Assembly (NCBI RefSeq): GCF_018350175.1 | Contig: NC_058368.1 | Location: forward strand, 168,146,001-168,210,000 | Reading direction: 5' to 3' | Source of the DNA: Felis catus | Taxonomy: Eukaryota | DNA length: 64,000 nucleotides | Part shown: positions 24,556 to 39,026 of the stretch, piece by piece | How positions within the stretch are numbered: the stretch's first letter is position 1 | Layout of the letters: each line of letters begins with the position of its first letter | Notes under the pieces: model-generated | Databases searched by the model: none | Told to the model about the DNA's origin: nothing | Seen by the model: only the letters and a program-made list of their open reading frames with translations | Translations under genes and position numbers: made by a program

Positions 24556-26072
24556 TCAATGTACACATTTCCTTTCCCCAATTCCTTGGAGATACAACAT
24601 TACTATACTAAGTTAATTTTATTGCTACCATTATACTTGCTAGAATGTAAATCGGCACTTAATGAAACTCTCTGTTATAATATGTCCCACCTATCCACCA
24701 CCAAGTCATTATAAATAGAAATACCAATACCTAAACTGTTCTACTCTATACATGTCCACCAGTCTGAAGTTTGGTATCGAAGGGAAAAAAACACAAGTTA
24801 AATGAGTCTTTGGGTGGTAAAACATCAGTAACAAGTTTAACTGTACACAACAGGTTTACCTGTATTTTGCAATACATTTTAAATAATAAGTAATAAAAGG
24901 AAATAACCCAAATAACTTTATTTTGTTTGGGTACATCGATTCTATTATTAATGTTCTAACTTGACAAATTATTCTACTCTAAGCACTTAGGTTTGACAGC
25001 ATATTCCTACTGTTGTTAAAGACTTTGTAAGGCACAACAAAGTATACACACCCAAAATGAGGCTTTGTAACAAGCTTTTAAATATACAAGGTGCTGGGTA
25101 ATAAGTAGAATAGCAAATTTTTTTTCACCTGTGTTTATAAGGAAGGTTTCTACAAAGGTGTTTAAGTCATGAATATATAAGTGGACTTCATTTGAATGTA
25201 CAATATTCTATAGCAACAAAGAACACACCCCTCTCTGAGAGGCTGATATATAATATGCAAAAAGACAATGCACAGAAGCAAGAGCACAACCTTCAAAAAG
25301 TCACTTGTGTTTGTGAAAATATTTCAGATTAGGCTTTAATATTTTAACAGGAGAAAATGCTTCCCAGGATGAATAAAATCTACCAAGGTATAAAGCCTTA
25401 ACAATCTGTGTTTTAATCATAAATGAAAGACAATAATGACTTGTTTTAAAAAAAAGAGTACAAACACCCTAATGTATGAATATAGAACATTTCTTACATA
25501 TTCACGTTAACATTCTTTAAACAAGAAAACCTATCATCAAAAAACAAAACCTAAAATTAGGTTATACATTTTTCATCATGTCAGACAAATACATTCATAG
25601 CTCACTAAATGTTCTTTCTTACATTTCAAACAGCTTATGAAATCCCACCTCGTTTAATAAGGTTCCCACAATAATTGGAAGTAAGATGGTGAGTCCATTA
25701 CCCACCCTTGACCTAGTCCACTTGGTACACACACTTAACCTTCACAAAAGAAGTCATGCTAAGTAACATGAATGCAAAGGAGGCATTTTCTTTGTCAATT
25801 CTGGCAGAAAAAATTAAAATGTCAATTGTATAAATCTGTTTCACTTCATTTTTTTTTTAATTAGAAGCTCAGAAGGGGAGAGCTCATGCTGTACAAGATC
25901 AAGAACTGATTCATTTCTCTAGGTATAGGGGTCAAGGAAGTTTTCAAGTATTTCCATGATGCTTTCCCCAAGTCCAAGTTAACATGTACCAGTAGCACAG
26001 GGCCTGACAGATAGTAGGTGCTCAATAAACACCTACTGAATAGATGAACAAATGAATAAAAGAAATCCAGGA

Positions 26073-26175
26073 GGGGCAACTTGCTACCTTGGTAAGGTAG
26101 AGTATGCAACTCTTGATTTCAGGGTCACAAGATTGAGCCCCACTTTGGCTATACAATTTACTTTTTAAAAAAAAA
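26073..26175 (+). mobile_element. Short Can-SINE adjacent to an L2 3' end (about 25900-26060)
   Basis: gcaactcttgatttcagggtc...gagccccac. L2 tail gtaggtgctcaataaa...gaatagatgaacaaatgaat. Confidence 0.75.
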
Positions 26176-26964
26176 TCCTGGAAAGGCAGGTAGTGGAAAA
26201 TCAATCATGAGGATGAAACAACAAATAAAATGCAGATTTCTACTGTTAAGAAAAAAGTCAGTATTTGAGTGCCTATTCGCCAGGTACTATGGTAGATGAT
26301 TTCATTTATATTTATTTAAACTACAGTGTAAAGTCTTAAAGATGTTTACACATTTTAACCCAGGAAGAACACTTCTGGGGACCTCTATACAACAGGCTAA
26401 GCAGAGAAGCAGACAGATTTGTGGACCAGAATGCTCACTGCAGCACTATCTGTAGTACTGAAAAAACTAAAAGCTCCCAAATGTATTAAAATGGTTGAAT
26501 GATGGCATATATTGTTGATAGAGTGCTACATGGCCTTGAAAAATCGTATTTCTTAAAATATTTAATGAAGTAGGAAAATATAATGTAAATGAAAAAGCAG
26601 AATATAGAATTATTAGTAGAAATATGATTCTATTAGGTATATATGCAGAAAAAACTGAAAAATAAAATGTTAACTACCTCTTTGGGGTGGGATTATCTAA
26701 GTGTGATTTTAATTTTCTTTATGCTTTTCTCATTCTCCAAAGTTCTACATCAATATTTTTACTCTTATAGTCATAAAAGAAAACTGCTAATAAAGGAAAA
26801 AGCACAGGAGAGGGCTTTTTAAACTTTATTCTTTTTCTAAATTCTCCAATTTAGAAAAATTTAAGAAAAAACATAAATTTTCTTAGAAATTGGAAAAAAT
26901 AGAACATAAGTTATTTTAAGTTTTAAAATATTAAATGTAAATTAGTACTATACTTCTCCCCGGC

Positions 26965-27080
26965 CTTTATTTTTTTAAGAGTTTATTTTTAAGTAATCTC
27001 TATACCCAACGTGGGGCTCAAACTCACAACTCCGAGATCAAGAGTTGCATTCTCTACTGACTGAGGCAGCCAGGTGCCCC
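26965..27080 (-). mobile_element. Short Can-SINE
   Basis: aagtaatctctatacccaacgtggggctc...ccaggtgcccc. Confidence 0.87.
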
Positions 27081-27140
27081 AATGGCCTTTATTCTTCTAA
27101 AATTGCTTCTATAAACTACACAATAAGAAGAAAATACACT

Positions 27141-27334
27141 GGGTTGCTCTGTTGGTTAAGCATCCGACTCTTGATCTTGGCTCAGATCATGATCTCACGG
27201 TTTGTGAGTTTGAGCCCCATGTCGGGCTTTGCGCTGACAGCACAGAACCTGCTTGGGATTCTATCTCTCCCTCTCTCTACCCCTCCCCTGCTTGCTCGCT
27301 CGCTCTTTCTCAAAATAAATAAACTTAAAAAAAA
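27141..27334 (+). mobile_element. Can-SINE
   Basis: Typical body. TSD aagaagaaaata on both sides. Confidence 0.9.
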
Positions 27335-27869
27335 AGAAGAAAATATACCATAAAGCAATATATAATACATCTAAGTACACTTTGCTTGCACAGACCAAAG
27401 CCAAGTTTTTTAAGAATCTGCTTATATCTTTTTCCTATATAGTAAAAACATGTAAATTTTTAAAAATTATTAAGGAACAAGAAGAATACTATATAGTCAA
27501 TTCACTAATTTAGAACCAAAATACAAATAGGAAAATTTTCCAACATACAGCTAGATTACAAAACAAGATATACGCTAGAACTCAGTATTAAAAGATACTT
27601 CCAATGTACAGAAATATGTGATGTTTAGTGGAGGGATGCATTCCAGGGATTCACAAAGCAAACCGCTTCAGCAACATAGTGATAATATGCTTGTATCACA
27701 CAGCTTCTCACCTGTATTTTGTCTGAAAACAATATAAATCAAATGTATCCCAGACCTCACTCATATGGGACTATAAAATAGGGTCAAATTTGCTTTTAAT
27801 GACCTAATTAGGGAGCTAAAATTTCCCAGTTGCCTGATGCATGGAAATTAGCAACTCTAAATTTTCTCC

Positions 27870-28215
27870 ACAGTCATTTGTGAGGTGTCCAGAGTAATGC
27901 CTCACTCCTGCCCAAATGCCCATCTGTTAGATGCTATTCCCATAAGGTGTTGACCTGTTCTGCTCCTCCTGCTCTGGCTCCTGTTGCTCCATGTCTGTTA
28001 CAGCACAGCCTCTCAACAGAGCTGCAGGTTTGTCCTGGCTCTCATGACCGTCCCAGTGTCACAGGGTGATCTCCCACAGCTCCTGAGATTCCATTCCTGG
28101 AATCTCAGCAGAAGTAGAACCAATGGAACCAGGGGAATCAGTCCTCCATGACTTTTGCCAACCCCCTTCACCTGAATCACCAAAGCTTTTCTGTTGGGGC
28201 CCACTACATCACAAT
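27870..28215. mobile_element. Probable old LTR fragment
   Basis: GC-elevated block of about 350 bp ending ...ccactacatcaca. Family not identified. Confidence 0.35.
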
Positions 28216-29699
28216 GTCTGTCTGTCTCTCATAAAGCTTCAGGCCCCTTCCCTCTAACCACAGAAATTAAAACCAAGTACAAGGTGTTGAATGAGGAAGA
28301 GATGACATACAACTTGCCCCTTTCCTTAGTCCTCTGACCACAGATCTTTCCCACTTCTTCCTGTTTTCAAAATGCACACACCAGACACTGGCAAACACTA
28401 TGCATATAAGCATGTATATAAAAAGAAATGGGTGAACAGCATCTCTACGACTTCAGATGGTTAAGACTTGGATCTGAAGTCACAAAAATTGGATTTGAAA
28501 TACTAATTTACCACATACCAGCCACATACTTAATCTGTCCAAACTCCAATATTGTCATCTTAAGTAGAGCGACTATAGTATTTGCCCCCATCAAGTTGTA
28601 GTGAGAATTAAGAGATAATGCATGTAAAGGACCCATGTATAATACAAGCTCAATGTAATTGCTTTCAAATGAATCTGTTAATTTGGCAAAAGATAGAAAA
28701 TATTATATGTTAATCTGGAGTAAAACCTAAGTTTTCACAATTTCATAAAGAAAACCAACCACTAAAGCATCAAAACGAACATCTTTGTTCAATCAGGCTT
28801 TTGGTTTAGTTAGGTGAAGACGCTTGGTCTCTTAAAATCTTGGGCAATTTGTACCTACCCAACACTGTATACTTCATTATATTCAGAGAATGCAATGCAA
28901 CATAGGAAAGTAAGTCCCTAGCTGGGAGTCAGATTTTAATCTTAATTCAGTTAATAAAAGTTTATCATCAACTATGTAAAGGGTCGGTCTAACACGTATG
29001 TGCGTGCAGCGGTAGTGGAGGGTAATATACACAAATACCCATAATAACATGAGAAAAATGCTAAAACAGTTTTGCAAAATTGCTTTGGGATCACAGAAGA
29101 CAAAGCAATTTGTTTTATAAATGTGTAAAGGGACCAAATGGTATCATAAAAGTTGCAAAAGGAAAGACCTTTAAAAGATCATTCCAGGCATGGAGGTAAG
29201 GAAGGACCACAACAAAATAAGAGGCTCAAGGGCCTAGAGATGTGAATATACAAAGTATATGGGAAGAATGAAAACATCCAGGTATCAAATTCAGCTCTGC
29301 CCTAGGCAGCACTGTGGCCACCTTGGATACATTACTGAATCTTCTTACCCCAGTTTTGCCTTCTGTAAAATGAAGATAAGACTATCAGATTAAGGCTTTT
29401 TCATAAATAAGGTCACTCACATAAAAATATAAGATATTATAATTAAATTTTTTTCTGTTAATATCAGACTCACTCTAACCTCAGATTTGAAATTTTTAAC
29501 ACACTGCGCCCTTAAAATTAATGTATATAAATTTATGATATTCAAATTTTATTTTTAAAAAGTTTTGAGCATATTTTAATTTTTATTCATGCCACTTAAC
29601 TTTTACTGCCTTCTAAACATCTTCGGAGTGCTCATGGCTTCTGACAAAGCTAGGAAGGGACATGATTCCTACCCATCAGGTGTCAGGGATTAACATTCA

Positions 29700-30500
29700 A
29701 GCTAGCACTGTGGTTCCAGAATAGGATGAACTATTCTACTCTTCCTCCTAAGTACAGCAAAAACCCTGGGCATCATATATAAAACAAACACATTCAGACT
29801 CTGATCCTTTGACCAGAAACAGCAAGACAGCAGAGTTTTCCTGAGGCCATTTTCTTAGGGGTTTTTCGTTTGTTTGTTTTTTTGTCTGTGCTCATTGATG
29901 TTTCCAGATTGCTGGCTTCTCCAGCACCCAGTCAGGGATATATAAGGCAAAAAATAATCCAGAGAATTTAGCTACTTAAAAAAATTAGTTAAAGAAATAA
30001 ACCTACAAATTCAAGAAGATGAGTGAACCCCAAACAGGACCAAAAAAAAAATGCTAAGATGTATCATAATCAAACTCCTAAACATTAAAGACCAAACAAA
30101 ATCTTGAAAGCAGCTAAATCTATTGTGGAATTCAAAAAACAATTCAATATTACAATAGGTTTCTCAACAGAAACCATAGACACCAGAGGCAAATGGGACA
30201 ATATTGTTCAAATGCTGAGAAAAGAAATGCAAGCCAGAATCCCGTAACAAGCAAAAATATCCTTCAAGAATGAACTGGAAATCAAGACACTCATAGATAA
30301 AGAGAAACTTAACAAACTTTGTTGCCAGCAGACTTACTCTAAAGAACAAGAGGAAGTTCTTGAAATGAAAGGAAATACTAAAAGAAAGAATCTCAGAACA
30401 TTGGAAAGTACAGAGGAGCAAGAGAAAAAGTTAAAATATAGATTAATACACTAGATTTTCCTTCTCTTGAGTTTTCTAAATTATATTTGACATAAAAACA
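29700..30500 (+). mobile_element. Old L1 5'/ORF1 fragment
   Basis: aaattcaagaag..gagtgaacccc...aatcttgaaagcagc...ttctcaacagaaaccatag..ccagaggc resembles L1 ORF1. Confidence 0.8.
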
Positions 30501-30684
30501 TTAAAGCAGGAACAGGCTGAGAAAAATTCAAAGCCAGATTCAACCAGGGAGCCCACTGCAATCTCCATTTCCCATTCCCTTCCCTCTCTCAACCAGCAAA
30601 TGGACACATGATCTTGATTCCCTGGCCTAGAGACCTAACTCCTTCCTGATCCTGCACTGTAATGTAATGACTGAGCATGCTTTA

Positions 30685-30707
30685 CCCCCCCCCCCCCCCC
30701 CCCCCCC
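30685..30707. repeat. Poly(C)23 tract
   Basis: Seen directly. Confidence 0.95.
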
Positions 30708-31009
30708 GCTTACAGCTTTAAGAAGGAGGATTTCAGTCTCTCTCTCTCTCTGCTACAAAAGGGACGCAACAAGCCAGGAAGGCACCTGACTTAGAGAAAA
30801 TCCTGAACATTATTTTTAACTATGGTAGGAACAAAGGATTAAAAATGAAAGCTGATTCTACTTATGATCTGGCCAAACAGTATAAAATATACTGTTTTAT
30901 TCTGTACCAGCATGTTAATTTACAGAAACATATATAATCAGTATTACATACAGCACCATGCACATTTTGTTGCATGTTAGGAGAACTCTGTATTTCACTT
31001 ATTTGCGGT

Positions 31010-31215
31010 TTTTTAAATTTTTTTAATGTTTATTTTTGAGAGACAGAGTGCAATCAGGGGAGGAGCAGAGAGAGAGGGAGACACAGAATCCGAAGCAGGC
31101 ATCAGGTTCCGAGCTGTTAGCACAGGGCCCGACGCGGGGCTCAAACCCAAGAGCTGTGAAATCATGACCTGAGCCAATTTCAGACACTTAACTGAGTGAG
31201 CCACCCAGGTGCCCC
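31010..31215 (-). mobile_element. Can-SINE
   Basis: Full body ending ccacccaggtgcccc. Confidence 0.92.
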
Positions 31216-32329
31216 TACATTTAACTTATTTGAAGAGTGAAGATCTGCTACCTTTGTAAGGTCATCAACTTGCATAGGAATGCAACATATACAGAAAGAA
31301 AATGGAGCACTGCTCTCCTGTATTCAGAAATACTCTCACCTCCATTCATAATCCACTACTCCAAGCAAGATGCCCAGAGGAGCAGTGCAGAGCTAAGACC
31401 CGTATTTTCTAGAACATGCTATTAGAGGTCACCTGCCCATAATGAGACACGTTCCTATACTAACAAAATATGAGTGCAGGGAAAATCCCACTAGAGCCAC
31501 CACATTAGAGCAGGGAAACCACCTTCTCTTTCCTTTACCCAAAAGTAAACCCCAATGAATAAAGAGATTGCAAAAACAGTTAAGGAAAGCTGACAACTCT
31601 CCTCTATATCTAGGAAAATACATTTTTCGCATACAAGAAAAAAGTGACCTTATTATTTTTTAAGAACTGTTACATATCTAAGACGCCATATAAATCTCTT
31701 CAAAGGTTTTTAAAAGGTTTAAAAGCCAGGAAATTTAGATGTTTCAGCACCATTAAAATGCTAACCTTGGCACTGTGACTGCTACCAATCAATTTTTTCC
31801 TTTTAGAAAGAATGAATAATTTTGACGAATACTATTGCAAATTACACACCAAAAACATAATTTGTCATACGAATGGGGCCAATGTCTTTTGGCACGCTTG
31901 TCACCATCACAATATAACTGCTAATCTTCAAATACAGTTATTAACAACTTCAGAAAATCATTTAGAAGACCAATTCTCCTTTTTAAGGTCAATGATTACC
32001 ACAGTTAATGACCAATTGGCTTTAGCCATTACTGTCCTGACCTTTGCATCATGTTTTAAACTAACAAGACAATAAATAACTATTAATAATGACCTATTTT
32101 GAAGGGTGTTTTTCACCGTCTCTGCTCACTGAAAACATAATTGTTTTTGTGTTTTATATAACCCCTCAGTCGCTTGCTGATTTTTGTTTGTTTCCTTGTT
32201 GTAGCTTGTGTCATTTTATCATTAAAGGAGGAATGAGGGTAGAGGATGAGGAGACAGAAAATCTGAGGTAAATCCTATCGCCATTTTAAAAAACATTACA
32301 TTAACACGTCTTAGTTTAAAAAATATAAA

Positions 32330-33035
32330 GTGTAATTAAAGGTACAAAATGAAAAGTAAAAGCCTTCTCCTCTTCATTTTCATCACCCAAAAGTTATTCT
32401 TAAGATTTCTTATAATCGCTTATAAAAAAATTGTTCGATGTATATGCTTGTGTATAGTATATGTACTTGTTTATTTTTCCTTTTAATTTTATAAAATGAC
32501 AGTTTCGTACTTCATACACTGCTCTGCAGCTTTCTTTTTTCACTTACAATATCTTAGAGACCCTTCTATCTCAACAAGCAGAGGTCTATCTTAATCACTG
32601 CACCGTATTCTATCATGTGAAAATACAAATTTATTTAACCAATCCTATACTGATGGATATCTAAGTTGTCTCCCATTTTGTTATTTATTTTGTATTATTA
32701 TTGTAAACAATACTTCTGTGAATATCCTTATTTATAAGTACAATTTAAAAAGCATGTGCAAGGTATCGGCAGTCACTCCTTAGAGTGTGACTCCTGGATC
32801 CAAGAATATGTGCCTTTTTAATTTTGAGAGATTTTGCTACACTGTCTTCCAGACAGACTACACTGACTGATACGAGCCACTGAAGAGAATACCCCTTCCT
32901 GCACATCCTTGACTCTAGTGAGAATTATCATACTTCTCACTTTCACCAACCTCCAAAGTAAAAAAGGTAACAACATTGTTCTCATTTAGGGTTTCTTCAT
33001 TATTAATAAGGATGCAAATCTCATATGTTTATTCA
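32330..33035 (-). mobile_element. Old L1ME-like 3' fragment
   Basis: tttatttaaccaatcctatactgatggatatctaagttg...cttttttaattttgagagattttgc. Confidence 0.7.
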
Positions 33036-35064
33036 AAAATGGCTGTTTTCAGTTATTATTATTATCTTGTTTAGTGAGAACAAGAAAATCAAGTCTGATC
33101 CCTTTAGTTTGGAGCTTGATATATAGCAACTACTCAATAAATGCCTGATTCTTTCTGAGATAAATAGAAAAACAGTTTAATAGAAATCTTCCCCCAGCCA
33201 GACTTTATTATTCTGATACAATCTAATATCTGCTTTTGTAAATTCACAAGATTCTTTGACACTGAGCCAAAAGAAGCTGGCAAAACTACAGGACAAGCAA
33301 GTTACAAACAGAAGGATGCAGAACAGTAAACACATTATACAGCCACTTCCCTGGAGCTATAATCATAGACAATTTTCTACTCTGTTATACACAACACACA
33401 TTTCTCCACATTGTATAAGCCCTTTATAAAGCCAAATAATATTCCACCATCACATAAGTGGTGTTTTACAGGTTTTATTATCTATATAAATCATATATTG
33501 TATATATATCCTTCTACAATTTGCTTTAATCTTTTCATTCAACATTATGCTGCTGAGATGTAGACATAGTGATTGATAGAGAGCTACTCCACTAATTCCT
33601 TCGTATTTTTTTGTGTGTGTTCTTTACAAGAGAAAATGAATAAAGTATATCGGATCTTGCCACCAGATGACCCCCCTACTTGGCCCATCCTCCTTGGTTC
33701 TAACACCTAGCAGTAGTCATAGGGATAATTAGAAGTAGCAACACTTTAAGAAGGAATTAAAGTAATTTAGAATTTGTAAAGAAGTATCCAGATACAAGCA
33801 CTAATAAATGTGAAACCACCTTTTCCCACAATATAGGTATGCTTAGGTAAATTTGCATTTTTGTACTCATGGAAACAAGACAAGAATACTTTTTATAAAA
33901 TTTAAAACTCCAAATTAAAAGAGTTTCAAGGTACATTACATAAAAAAAAACTTACTGGTAAATGAGAAACTTACTAGTAAAATAGCTCTTAAACAGTAAA
34001 CTGTGCTTCTAAAAGAGAAAGAGGAATAAAGTTTAAAAAAAATTGTAACATATTCAAGTCCATTTCCCCAGTTGAGCTTGAGTTGGCTAAATTACATATT
34101 CTCTTATGTTTCAGAAGACACAAGACACCAATTACTAATGTCTAAAATTCTCTGCCTATATATAGCTTCTTCCCTAATTCAATACCCACCTAGAGAGAAA
34201 ACTCTGTCCCCCATGCTTTTCTTTCTTCCACTGTTTAAATCACTGATGTGACTAAGTTTGAAGATCCAGTAAGGACACGAAATAATAATCAAGACATCCT
34301 AAAGACATCAGTTATTCCCAAAGGGTAAATCAAACAGAGAGAAAATGGAAATCATAAATGCCTCTAATTTCTCAAGCATCAATTCTATAATATTGAAGAG
34401 TGACAGATTCTTATTTAATTGTATTCCAAGGAAAGATACAATATGATAATTTGTAGAAATAAGATTTAATAATTTAAGATAAGCTATAATTTCACAAAAA
34501 TATACTTTTATCCCACAAGGGTGAGATAAATTATAATGGTGAGAACAGAGAACAAAGGACAGCCCTACCCTCTGCTTTTCCCTCCATTAGGGCTTTCAGA
34601 GGTACTGCATTATGCTCTTCAGAAAACCATTTAGTATCAATGTTTAAATTAACTCTAATGTCCTCCTCCTCGAATTGGCTACACATATGCTACTCAGCTA
34701 TGAGATTTATTGCAGTGGAGCACTGTACAATCTGCATACGAAATATGATGCTTTACTCGCTCATCTCTGCTATGTGAGATAATTAATGTGGCTTCTGTGA
34801 GTGCACAAAGAACTTGTACAACTTAATGCAACAGAGTGTTGAGCAATATCTCCATCAAAGAGATTATGTAATCAATCTTAAAGAAAGGTCCATATACACA
34901 TATCTCAACATACATTTATCGTTTATTCTCTGGCAAACAGAGATATATTTTTTCTAAAATCATGAAGAACATTAAGGCAGAACATAATTGTGGCAGAAGA
35001 TAATTATTTTATAAATAAAAAGAAGTATGTTCCAGTGTCCTGAAGGCTTAACATGCAGAGTATT

Positions 35065-35289
35065 TAATTTTTTTAATTTTTTTTTAACGTTTATTTATTT
35101 TTGAGACAGAGAAAGACAGAGCATGAACAGGGGGAGTGTCAGAGAGAGATGGAGACACAGAATCTGAAACAGGCTCCAGGCTCTGAGCTGTCAGCACAGA
35201 GCCTGACGCGGGGCTGGAACTCACAGACCGCGAGATCATGACCTGAGCCGAAGTCGGCCGCTTAACCAACTGAGCCACCCAGGCACCCC
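35065..35289 (-). mobile_element. Felid Can-SINE
   Basis: CpG-rich body. TSD cagagtattt. Confidence 0.93.
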
Positions 35290-36034
35290 CAGAGTATTTT
35301 AATATATATACATTGTAAAATAGATTGTAACTTTTTCATTTGGTTGGTCCTATAATCTTTTCTTTGTAGTATTTTCTAAAATCAGAAACTTAGAAATTGA
35401 TAGAATTTTTTAGTATCTACCATGAATCCCTACATTAGGCAGATTCAAAAGCAAATTCATAAAAGAGAAAGAATAGGTTTCAGGTGTGTTGGGTTTTTTT
35501 TTTCTTCAACATAATCCAAAAATTGACTTTTAATTCAGTAGCAAGGTTTTCTTACTTCCTATTTTCCCACAATAGGTTTGAGGGAATATAACAGAACTAT
35601 GTTGGGTTCATATTTAGTCCCAACTCCAAGCAGTCCTCTGGGTTTGTGCTCATAAAAGACTGATCAGGCCCACTATGTGATCTAGTTCCAGTTCCTAGGA
35701 TGCTATTTCTAACATGTCAGACAGGTTAACTTATTTCCACACATTAAATTTGTTTACACAGATTATATTACTTTAAATTGGTTGTAAATCAAATAACAAG
35801 GGTCTTAAAACCCAAAATGATGCAAACTTTTCCAAGGTTTTGTTATAAACAACACATCCTTTTTTCTAAAGCATCTTTCTAACAAAGCAACCTTAGATAA
35901 ATCATTTGGGAGAACTCAGATTTGAAGGTGTTACTAAAAACAGATTCCACATTTTTTAATCTGGTCACTGGGGAGGGGCAGAAATAAAAACAGAGATCTT
36001 GTGATAGAATGGAAATCTGTATAAAAGTGCTCAG

Positions 36035-36077
36035 CAAAAACAAAACAAAACAAAACAAAACAAAACAAAACAAAACA
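36035..36077. repeat. (CAAAA)n pentanucleotide repeat
   Basis: Seen directly. Confidence 0.9.
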
Positions 36078-37478
36078 GGCACATGATAAACATGTACAAA
36101 TTTTAGCAAAAACTTTGAATACTGGCCCCTCTGTTGACTCCAAAAATAACCAGCTCCCTGCCCTTAAGTAAACCATTAAACCTCCCTAGGGCTGTTTTCT
36201 CATCTGTAAAACCCAATTTCTGGATTCTAACCCTTTCAGTTAGAAGAATTTCTGACTCAAAGGACTGGTCTGGAAGGAAATCTGAGAGGGTGTCTTGTTC
36301 TTATCTCATATATTATAAACAACCTTTCAATTACCTCTACCTCTGTCCATTATAGGTACTCAAAAAACATACTGACAAATAAAGAAACATCTGCTCTCGT
36401 CTAAGAGTAAAATTTGAAATGAAAATGGAGCAACTGATGAAGACATCCTGCCTACTGAATTTCTCTGAGTAAGTGTCTTCCTAGGTAAAGTCCACTCAAA
36501 AAAAAAAAAAAAAAAAAATGCTAAGAAGCCATGAGAAAAAAAGGGCCAACATCACCAAGACTGGAAATAGATGAAGACCTAAAATTAAACCAAGTCTGCA
36601 AATCACAAACAAGGCCAATATCACTAGAAATGTGAGCTATATTGTTACCCCAAGGCCTGAGGCAAAGCTCAGAATCAACAAGGCTCAGGAAAGCCTGCTC
36701 TGCTGGTAGGTATTCTGTACTATCTTCCATTTAGGTTATTTGCATATATCTCATCTCTGACTAGATCACAACTTCCTTGGAAGCAAGGATTATTGTCTAA
36801 TTTACATTTATATCCCCTGCTATGCCTAGCACATTGCAGGCATTCAGTTAATATTGGGCAAATTAATTAACTATGATGCCTTCTAAAGAAAATCAATGCT
36901 TATCTCGACATTCAAACAAAACATCAGCTAACTTAAAGTCAAAATATTTATGATTGGGCAAAAGTTTGTTTATTCTTTATTTCTAGCTTCATTTTATTAA
37001 AATTATATATGTATCTGTCTTGAATTAGCAAATAACTTCAGAAGGTTTATTTAAAAAAAAAATTGCAGACCTCTCTCCCCCACCCCCACCCTCATTTCTC
37101 CTTTCCAAAAAATAATAAGGATTTTCAGTTCTTTCAGATGATTATTTGAATGTTCATTATGTCCACTAGTTTGATGTGCATTATGACTGTTGTGGCCCTT
37201 TGGCATTTTTAGAAGCACCACAAATATTTAATTTGTTCTTAACAGTATTTTAGTCACCAACTTCTTGTTTCACTGAACAGGATTCTGTTATGTCTGGGTA
37301 ACAAATTACCTGGGCTTTATAGGAGAATGTTACAAACTTCACACTAATCAGATATCATTTGAAAGTGCTGAAGTGTTTTTAATGAACTGTAATTGAAACA
37401 GCACAAGATATGGGGGCAGAGAGGCCTGACAGAGAATTCTGGCTCAGCCTGAGACTCAGTTTCCTCAACTATAAAACA

Positions 37479-37684
37479 GGAGTGCCTGGCTGGCTCAGTC
37501 TGTTAAGCATCCAACTTCACTTCAGGTCACGATCTCAAAGTTTGTGGGTTCAAGCCCCACATCGGGCTCTGTGCTGACAGTTCAGAGGCTGGAGCCTGAT
37601 TCAGATTCTGTGTCTCCCTCTCTCTCTGCCCCTCCCCAGCTCGTCCTCTCTCTCAAAAATAAATATACATTAAATTTTTTTTAA
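37479..37684 (+). mobile_element. Can-SINE
   Basis: gtgcctggctggctcagtctgttaag head, CT-rich linker, tail. Confidence 0.9.
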
Positions 37685-38231
37685 AGCAGGAATTGTTGGG
37701 ATATTATGATTCCTGATGTCTCTACCACTAGCATAATTTAAGAATAAAAAAAACTGGATAAAATAGCCTATAATTATTTACCCTTCCAAGACACAATACA
37801 GAATTAATTGAAATCTACCAAGGCCTTAAGGGACAAAGGGAGAACTTTTTAGGTCTACTACAGAGAGTAAATAAGCTAGTCATTTGGGCCCCAAGAGTCA
37901 GGAGGAGTAGCAAAATAAGATGATAATAATCATTATTAACTGAATATTTACTATTCAGGAGGCACTGACTCCTTTATTCCTCAGTGTCAGCAGCTGAGAG
38001 GTAATTTTGTCCACCTTACCAATGAGTTGAGGCAGAGTGACAAACACCCTCTCCAAGTTTACAGACACTAAGTGGCCAAACAAGGATTCAAATCTAGGAA
38101 TTCTCATACCAAAGAATGTGCACATGTGCACTCAATCATGACCTGATAATGACTTCCACTAAGATTTAAACAGCAATTTAAATGGGTAAAATGATCTTAA
38201 ACTAATCATACACATATAACTTTTTACATTA

Positions 38232-38444
38232 ATTTTTATATGTTTTTTTTATTTATTTTTGAGACAGAGAGAGACAGCATGAGCAGGGGAGGGGCAGAGA
38301 GAGAGGGAGACACAGAATCCGAAGCAGGCTCCAGGCTCTGAGCTGTCAGCACAGAGCCCGACTTGGGGCTAGAACTCATGGAGTGTGAGATCATGACCTG
38401 AGCTGAAGTCGAACGCTTAACCGACTAACTCACCCAGGCGCCCC
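38232..38444 (-). mobile_element. Can-SINE
   Basis: Full body ending cacccaggcgcccc. Confidence 0.93.
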
Positions 38445-38672
38445 ACATATAATAACTTTCTGAAGGAAAACCCTGTCCTTGCCTGAATTAGGGAATTGGG
38501 AACAATCCTATGAAACTGTGTGTGCTTTATCAAAGGTTGTGGAAGAAATTGTGCTTACATCAATCTGCTATCTCCTCAGACCTTAACAGTGATCCATTAA
38601 GAATTATAAGGCAGGCATGTCAGCAGCTCTAAGGGATGCTAGCTACTTCACAGGGTTATGATACACAAAGCA

Positions 38673-38973
38673 TGCTATGGATTGTTTTGTGTTCCTCAAA
38701 AATTCATATGTTGAAGCCCTAATCCCCAAGTGACAGTATCTGGAGATAGGGTCTTTAGGAATTAATTCAGGTCAAATAGGGTCACAAGGGTGGGGCCCTT
38801 ATGGGACCAGACTATGGCCTTATAAGAAGAGAAAGAGATGAAAGAAAGGAAAAAAGAAAAGAAAAGGGAGGGGAGAGGAGGGGAGGAGGGGAGGGAAGAG
38901 AGAGGAGGGAAGGGAGAGGAGAGGAGAGGAGAGGAGAGGAGAGGAGAGGAGAGGAGAGGAGAGGAGAGGGAAA

Positions 38974-39026
<53 letters not shown>

